64,000 nucleotides of DNA from the human T2T-CHM13v2.0 reference genome, Homo sapiens. The stretch lies in assembly GCF_009914755.1 (NCBI RefSeq), contig NC_060934.1, one strand, 5' to 3'. The notes under the pieces were generated by a model, which saw only the letters and a program-made list of their open reading frames with translations, had not been told where the DNA came from and did not search any database. How positions within the stretch are numbered: the stretch's first letter is position 1; each line of letters starts with the position of its first letter. Shown one piece after another: positions 54,420-64,000 of this stretch. A program made the translations under genes and the position numbers.

Positions 54420-56510
54420 GGACTCATTGGCGTTGCCCCTGATCGCCTGGCCTTCTTCTCATGTTCCTGTTCTCTATAAATGCCACTGTCATCCACATGG
54501 TCTCATAAACCAAGAACCTGGGAGTCATTCTGGTTTTTGTCCTCTCTCTCATACCTGTGATCCATCAGTGGCTCTAACTGTGGCTTCTACCTGCAAAAGC
54601 TCACTCCAACTCATTTCCCCCCTCTAATCTCACAGCAATTACCATATTTCAGACTATTAATCATTTCCCACTGTGGAATATTTCAGGTCCCACGTAACTG
54701 CCTAATCGCATCCTCTCCAGCCTGCACCTGAAAATGTCTCTAAACCATACCTTTGAGCATGCTCCTCCCTTAATTGTTCTTTTAATGGCTCAGCAACTCC
54801 TTCAGGATGAAGTCCTGATTCCTTCCAAGGCCTTCTTCGTGGGACCCGTGACTGCTTTTCAGCCTCTTTTCTTGCCCTCTTCTTGTCCTCGAGCCATAGT
54901 GAACTGCTTGAAACTCTGCTGGTGAGCTGCATTCCCTCATGCTCCCGAGGCCTTTGCACCCTCTGGCTGGTCCCTCCATTTGCAATATTTATTCAGTCTT
55001 CCACTCCCCACTGCCACAGTGACACAGCAGCACTCCCCTATGCCCTGGAGAACCCAGAGGATGTGTTGAAACCCAGAGAATCAGTTGGAAATAAGTTTCC
55101 CACCTCGCAGGCAGAAAATGAAGCTCACACTTGACCTCCAAGTTAGCCAGTCTTCTCTAGTTCATTCCCTTCTGTCTAGTGATTTCTTTTCAGTTTCCAA
55201 AGAGGGTTGTCTGTGGAAACCCATTCTCCTCCCCTCTCATTTCCTTTAGACAATCCCATTAGCTACTACAACCTCAGTGACTGCTGATTTCTGAATCTTG
55301 ATCGCTGGCTTAGATCTCTCTGTAGCTCCAGACTCAAATATCAAACTACCTCATGTTTGTTTTACATATTCTACATAGATACACATGGGCATCCATGTAT
55401 ACATGTATAGAGATATATACACACACATACACATCCATACATGGGCGCACACACTCACAGCTTTGTTGAGATATAAATCGCATGCCATACAATTAACCCA
55501 CCTTAATATACGTTAAATGGTTTTTAGTACAATAATCACAATCAATTTTACAACATTTTCATCACCTTAAAAAGAAACTCATTAGAAGTCATTACCCACT
55601 CCCCACCCCCTGCCCCAAGCTCTAGGCGATCACCAATCTAGTTTTCTGTTTCTGTAGATTTGCCTATTCTGGACATTTCCTATAAATAGAATCACACAAT
55701 ATATGGTCTTTTGTGAATAGTCAACTAATTTTACAAACCAGTAATCTGACTATTACCTTGACTTCTCCCTCGTTCTCATCTTCCATATTCAAAAATCTAA
55801 ATCCAAATATCTCTTGAGTTTCTGTTTCTCTCCATGCTCTGTGCTAATACCCTCTTCCAGGCCAGCATGTCTTGTCAGTAGTTCTGAGTCACTCCTCTTA
55901 CTGGTCCCTTGGTCTTGTTTTTCCCCTTCCAATTAACGTATTTTCCACACTGTAGCCTGAGTTGTATTTCTAAAATTAATATCCAATTATACTATCCTCC
56001 CATTGATGGAACTTTTCTGTTACTTCTCACTGTCCTAAGATATGAAGGCCTGTCAAAATCTGGGCCTGCTCACCTTTCCAGCCTCTGTGCTTGATATTCA
56101 TTCATTCACCCCTCCAAACTCTCCACTCCAGCCCTTCCTTCCCAGTAACCTGCATTCTCCTCTTCAAATTGTCCACGAACATTTGTCCTTGGACATGCCC
56201 TTTTCTCAGCCTAAAACACACATCCTCTTCCCCTTCTTGTCTTTCATGATCAAAACACCCTCAGCCTAGATGTCTTTTTCTTCAGGAAACCTTCTTGTCA
56301 CTCCCAAATCCCAAGAGAGCTCTTCCTATATCCTCCCGAAGAAGCCCATACTTCCCTTTTATGACACTTTATCATGCTAAAGAGGGATTGGTGTGGCTTC
56401 CACGAGGTCAAGGAGTTTGCCTATTGCATTCAACCTGACCCATAGCAGGCATGCAATAAATATGTGTTGTACAAATGAGAGCAATGAAATAAAAGAATGA
56501 AAAACAAATA
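54420..56510. mobile_element. L2 fragments with an interspersed L1M 3' fragment (~55460-55720)
   Basis: Pyrimidine-rich L2-like tracts ending gcaggcatgcaataaatatgtgttg...aaatga. Confidence 0.55.
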
Positions 56511-57284
56511 GGAGTAAATTGAGAAAAATCTAAAATTCCAGATACCTGCGTTTGACAGTCACTTTATATAGGAAGCTGAATAAGAAATGAAATTGATTTT
56601 TTTCTATGCTCTCAAATAATTTAAAAAGCAGCAAATACTCTGACATTTGTTTATGCAATTAAATAGAACAGCAGAAACAAGATTAGAAATTACCAAACAT
56701 TCCCTATTAACCCTGAGTTTAAGTAGTCAATGATACTCAATGCTCTTTATTAAGTGCAACTGAAATGACAAGTGATTGTGATGGCTTCAACAGCAGATAC
56801 TATTCCCAGTATGAGAAATTGTAAAAGACCTGAACTGAAGTGAAATGTTATTACTAACAACCAGTGAGAAGTGTGGAGCAAATTCTGAGCCTCATAAATG
56901 AGTTCCATCCCCAAGAAGCTTACTTTGTCATTGCACTATTATTTTTAAGTGACTATATTTCCATACATCCTAAGTCATTAGGGAATAGGATCCTTTTTAA
57001 TAACTCTGAGTTTGAAATCTATGACTTCAATGAAAAATAACACAGAAAAGGAGTATATTATTACAAGTGAAGATATACCACGTGTTCATATTTATCTGGC
57101 CCTTCCCAGGATTTGAGGCATTACACATAGTGAAAAGTGTGGCTGTAATGAGGCCCCAGTCCCTTTAACCACCAAACACTTTCTGTAATTTTAAATGGTT
57201 TTCATGAAAGTCTTTCTAAAATATATTATACTGCATATTTTAAACCCTTTCTTGATGACCCAGGGTCACTTAAGTGAATGAATT

Positions 57285-57506
57285 TTTTTTAACTTTTTTT
57301 AATGTTTTATTTTTCATTTTTATGGATACATACTAGTTGTACATGTTTATGGAATACATGTGATATTTCGATACAAGCATACAATGTGTAATGATCAAAT
57401 CAGGATAACTGGAGCATCCATCGTCTCAAGCATTTATTTCTTTGTTAGGAACATCTCAATTCCACTGTTTTAGTTATTTTGAAATATACAATAGAGTACT
57501 GTGAAC
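57285..57506 (-). mobile_element. L1MA-type 3' end fragment
   Basis: tacaagcatacaatgtgtaatgatcaaatcagg L1MA 3'UTR motif. Confidence 0.75.
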
Positions 57507-57546
57507 TTTTATTGTAGCACTATTCAAAATGTTTGTTCTTGATTCT

Positions 57547-58377
<831 letters not shown>

Positions 58378-59782
58378 TTCTTCAGTGCATTTATAAATAT
58401 TTATTTGTCTACTTGTCTCCTGTGTGACTTCCCCCTCTAAACTAGAAGCTCTATGGAGGCGAGGCCTATGCTCGCTGTTACAGCCATACTCCTCAGAACA
58501 CTGTGCTGCTTACATCGTAACTAGAAGACTGTTAAATAATAGACCACTGTAGTACAGTACTCTCAGGGGCTGTTGAGTTGTAGAAAATTATTTCCTTTAC
58601 ATTTGCCCAACACAAACATCTCTGCTTTCAGTTGTTTTGCTATTTTTATAGTTTTTGTTTTGTTTTTTTTTCTCCTTGGATGTCACTTCTTACAATGGCG
58701 ATTCTAGCGGCCTTAAAATCAGTATTGCCTCTTTCCTATGACTTGATGCTCTTTATCTCTTACGTCCAGGAAATGCTGCTGCTGTGTCCAAAATAAGAGT
58801 GAGCCAAGCCGCAGAAGCGTGCCTGTGGAGGAGAGCATTAGCGGAGTGCGCATGGCCTGTTGTACTGCCTGGGCTAATGCTCAAAGCTGTGCAGCATCAG
58901 CAAAAATGACTCAGGGCCAAGTTTCCTCAAAAAAACGAGTAATCGAACACAATCTTATCAGAGATCCCTTCCAATTTTATTATTCTTTCCAGTACTTTCC
59001 CTGAACTACAGCAGTAGCTAGTTTGGCCACTCCAAAGTCTTTTTCTTCCTAACTTCAACGTTTAGCTCCTTCATCCGTCTAAATAAAGAAATTGGTAGTG
59101 TATTACCAAAAGGAAAGTAAGATTGTGCTCACCATGATGTAATGGATATGAATTTTAACGTTTTGTCATAAAACATATTTCTTTATGTCGGGTGGGGCTG
59201 GAGGGGGAGTGCAATGTGCCTGATTAAGGAACAGGTTCTTCAAAGTCTTCAGAGCTAAGACACTATTCTTTAAAGGCCTCCTCAAGAAACACCCAAGCCA
59301 GAAAATCTACGTGAGTCATGTTTGTCTCCTCTTTCTTTCTTTTCTCTACTCTGGTTCTACAGGAAATTGCCATGGGACATTTGCTTCTTTATTTGCATTT
59401 CAAATTTCAAGTTTTTAATTTGTAATTTCAAAACTATAATTGAAAACATTGTACATCTTCGCAAAAAAGTCCCCACTATAAAGTCCGTGTAATAAATTTC
59501 TTATAAAATCCTCACCTTTGAGGAGTGATATGCTTCCCTTTTCATGACAAAGGGTAGAGGTTAATGCATCGTGCTCCCCTTTTAGCCCCAGCTGTTAGGA
59601 AACTAAGAGACAAATGTAAGCCTCCATCTTAATGCACCTACTTCCTTTGCCTCCTTTGTTTCTCATTTACAATTTTTACTTTATTATTTTGATTGTATAA
59701 CGACTTATATTATGAGCCATCTTAAATAATTTTTGGAAAAATATATTACTGAATTACATTTCATGAGAATATTCTAACACAA

Positions 59783-60102
59783 GGCCACGCGCAGCGGCTC
59801 ACACCTGTAATCCCAGCACTTGGAGAGGCCGAGGTGGGTGGATTGCTTGAGCTTAAGAGTTCGAGACCAGCCTGGGGAACATAGCGAAACCTTGTCTCCA
59901 CAAAAACTACAAAAATTACCTGGGCACGATGGGTCATGACTATAGTCCCAGCTACAAGGATGGCTAAGGTGGGAGGATCACTAAGGTGGGAGGATCACTT
60001 GAGCTCAGGAGGCAGAAGTTGCAGTGAGCCGAGATTGCACTGCTGCACTCCAGCCTGAGTCACAGAGCGAGACACTGTCTCAAAAAAAAAGAAAAGAAAA
60101 AA
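59783..60102 (+). mobile_element. AluJ with an internal 17-bp tandem duplication
   Basis: Perfect TSD agaatattctaacaca. Confidence 0.92.
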
Positions 60103-61776
60103 GAATATTCTAACACAGGCAAGAGTGAAAGATGTCTGGACAATACATCCTCTTCTAGGAATTCGTGTAACTGAGAACCAACTTATATACACCATGTCCC
60201 AGAAGGAAGTGCTGATCTAGTATAAATAGGATCTTCACCAGCCTGAGAATTCAAGGGCAGAACATTATTTGATTCTTGGTTATATAAAGGGCATCTCTGT
60301 CACTCAACATAGTGCCATCACTTAAGCCTAACTTTGAACTATAGGCAATTGTTACCCAGAACAAAAGGGACTTTTTTTCAGGTAATGGATGAGGGAGGCA
60401 GGACCTCTGTAGGAAACTACTACTGAAGTCATGTTAAAACAGAAACAACCACCACAACAAACAGCACCCCAGTCCCGGAGATCATTAACTGAACTGCTAG
60501 TGGCCACTGTTCCTATGCAGGCAATGTAATTATTTGTAAGCGCCTCTTAGCCTAGGGCATTGGATCAAGAATGTGAAGTGACAGGAAACGGGAGAACAGG
60601 AATGTAATTGATATCCTGCCCTTACATTATTTCCTGAATGGTCTCCTCCCAGACTTGATGCAAGGAAGCACTCACTTCCACCTCATCCACCCGTTAAAAT
60701 GCCAACCAATAAGAATAAAAGAAACCATGAACTGTTTCACTCATCTACTATTTTAGAGCACAACAAATGATAAATCCTGAAAAAAACGTGACTTACTGTG
60801 TCTCTAAGAATACTGGGGAAAACCCTCAGTATTTATAAACCATTATTAACTGCCATTTTTGTTATACAACACTTTTATGGTACCAGCCAACTTGATACCT
60901 GCTATAGGGTTTCCACAGTTATAATATCTTCAGTTTGTTCAAGGTGAGTATGGTGTCTGTTTTCTCAGCCTAAAAGACAAATACGCTGTGGCAACATGTA
61001 AATAGATGAGCTCAAATGTATTGAAGTAGCACACACACAAAAACACATTACTAATGCTACAGTGCAAAAGATAATACTGGTTTGTATATAAGGTGAAACT
61101 TACATACAAAGGACCATTTTGTTAGTGTTCGAATTGAAGTATCAGTTAAAATATATCTAATGATTTCCATATTTGCGTATCTTAATTTGTTCTGACCTTG
61201 ATACATAAAGTTCTCAACTATGAAAACATTGTGCAAATGAAAACATATATCATCTGTGCTGCTACATTTATGTCATAAATGGGCTCCTATAGGTTTATGA
61301 AGTCACAATTCCATTCTTTTTGCGGACTGTTTCACCTGCCGTCCATATTCACCCATCTGTTTTACCTGCAGACAAAGAAGCAAGACATTCAAAGCAGCTT
61401 AATTAACCTGCTTCCATCACAACTGCATTTGTATAGAGAAATGGGCTTCCCAGAAATTTTAGTTTGCTCCCGTTTGTAGTAAATAGATCTTATGTATAGC
61501 CTTGTTTATATTGGTCACTGTGTGGGAAATACATTTTTCATGTGGAATGCAAAGATTCGTTTCAGTTTAGGTGTGGCAAAAATAACCAGAAATTTATAAT
61601 TAATAAAACTTGAGTAAATTATATTTCTTTAAATTTTTAAAATATTGTATCCACTTGCTTATTTCTAACTTAGTCTTTTAAGAGTAAATGTATTTACATA
61701 TTAAGATTATAGTTATATATCCATTATATTAAGATCATAATATTATATAGATCTTTTGAATTCTTCTTTCCTTTAG

Positions 61777-61817
61777 AAGTCAATCCAAGAAGAAAAACGA
61801 AGACCAAGGAAAGACAG
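61777..61817 (+). CDS. MYO3A: MYO3A exon 33 (41 nt): KSIQEEKRRPRKD(S)
   Basis: ttcctttag|AAG...AG|gtaatt; phase 0 to 2, links exons 32 and 34 in frame. Confidence 0.94.
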
Positions 61818-61910
61818 GTAATTATTACTTCTGGATTTCAATCAGTCATCTTATTCAAACAAAAATAAAAATCCATGTGTTCAAATTATGATTTAAAATC
61901 ACCTATTTTA

Positions 61911-62219
<309 letters not shown>

Positions 62220-63432
62220 TCACCTATTTTATATGCATAGATTTGGAAAGTAATGTGCACCCAATACATTTACGTTACGAATATGTGATTTATATATAAT
62301 TTATAAGATCCTGCCTACTGGAAATCTATTGAGCCAGCATAGCACTAAGAACTTAAATATGTTTTAAATGAATCGTACCCTCCCAGTAGGTAATTTGCTT
62401 TTCTTGTTCCATGGAATGGTTTTGCTTGGGCAATTTGAACATACCTGTATTCATGAATTTCCTTTCCCCAAACTCCTTTTTGCTTTTTCTCCTTCTACAC
62501 ATGCTAAATCTTGCTGCTTGTAATTTTTATAGATTTGTTAAGAAGATAAGGTTTATGTTACTTGTAAGTATAGCACACTTAAATTCACATTATTCTCCTT
62601 TTCTTATATTTCCCACTGATATTTTACTCTTTTAATATTATATCACTGTTTTAATCAATGTTCATGTCAACCAATTTCCAGACAGTGAGTGCTAAGAACA
62701 AACAAGAGCGTTTCTATTAAGCATGAGTGAACACAGTTCTTTATTTCTGAATCAGTGACATCCTGAAAGTCCTTTTTAGATTAGTATCTGTAATTTGAAA
62801 AGTGTGTTTTCCTGGAAGCATTGTAACACCTGGAGATTTCCCAGACCTACCTGTTTATCTCTTAGGAAGTCCCAGAGCACCATAGGAACCAGACTGTGCC
62901 CTGAGTAGAACCAAGAATTAACATGGGCAAGGATGCACCCTTATGTGTATGTCATGTGTGGGTGTTAAAATCTAGCACAGAAATTAATCCGCTAAAGAAC
63001 AGAGTAGAGGGAGGACAGAATGTTATTCATGAAGGAGGTAAGTTAAGATCATATGTGTATCAATGTACTGAGGGCTGATAAAATTTGAAAATGCTGAGTA
63101 TTAGTACACAAAGGTGAGCTTTTCTGATAATGGCCTAAAGGTCAGTAGTGACTGCTGATCTGGACTGGCCAAACTGAAACACTGCAATCACTGGCTATTC
63201 TAGTAACCACTAGTTTGGTGCCAAGTTCAGTGCAATAGAACCAGGAAAATGTGTTCCCACAGCTAATGTTCTGTTCAAGGTAAGATATGAAGGTTTTTCT
63301 TTTTTACTTATGGGATACACTGTTTTTCCCACATTTCAAGAACTTCCATTTCTATTGACATGTGTATGTTACTCTAAATTATAGTAAATACTTTTAAAGA
63401 AAAAAAAGTATCCTGTAAGTTTAAGTGAGTAG

Positions 63433-63621
<189 letters not shown>

Positions 63622-64000
63622 TAAAAAGCTAAACTTTAAAGTACATCATTTGCAGTTTTATACTCACAATTTCATTTCTTAAGATATTTCACTTTATATA
63701 TAGATGAATGACAAAGCACTCTTACTGAATATTGCATCTTTGGAGTGATATGGTGTTTAAAAGTAATGTCATGTACAGTGTTATGGTAAAGTAATCAGAT
63801 ACCTCAGTTTTCCTAGCAAAAACTGAGTTTTTATCTGTTTTCTTGGAGTAATTATTAACAAAAACTCCTGTTATTTAATAAAAGTACTTCAGTTTGGATG
63901 ATAAATTATTATATGGTCATCTGATTGTAAGCAATATATCATATCCAAAATCTATATTCAAGCTCAATCAAAGTAATTTTAATTACTCATTGGTTTCTTA

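Overview
Human (hominid) genomic DNA spanning the 3' half of MYO3A (myosin IIIA, the DFNB30 deafness gene) on the + strand. Fourteen GT-AG coding exons splice into one continuous frame. By my reconstruction against the remembered reference protein they are exons 21-34, about aa 755-1577. They encode the distal motor domain, converter, IQ motifs and tail, including the MORN4- and espin-1-binding regions. The last exon lies beyond the window. The haplotype differs from the remembered reference at four codons (A833S, S956N, T1284S, R1313S). Introns are filled with Alus, old L1/L2/MIR, MLT1 and ERV1 solo LTRs and MER DNA transposons. I found no new gene system. The strongest unexplained structure is a ~750-bp inverted-Alu cassette (Alu+/unique spacer/AluY-) in intron 20 that has been copied 38 kb downstream into intron 31, making direct repeats that flank exons 21-31. 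Other notable items are a twin-primed L1PA nested in an MLT1 LTR, a templated hairpin insertion inside an AluY, a stop codon overlapping a poly(A)-signal cluster just after exon 30, several unusual splice sites, and a hairpin/MARE-like element in intron 32. Repeat subfamily names and exon/residue numbers come from memory, not from a search.
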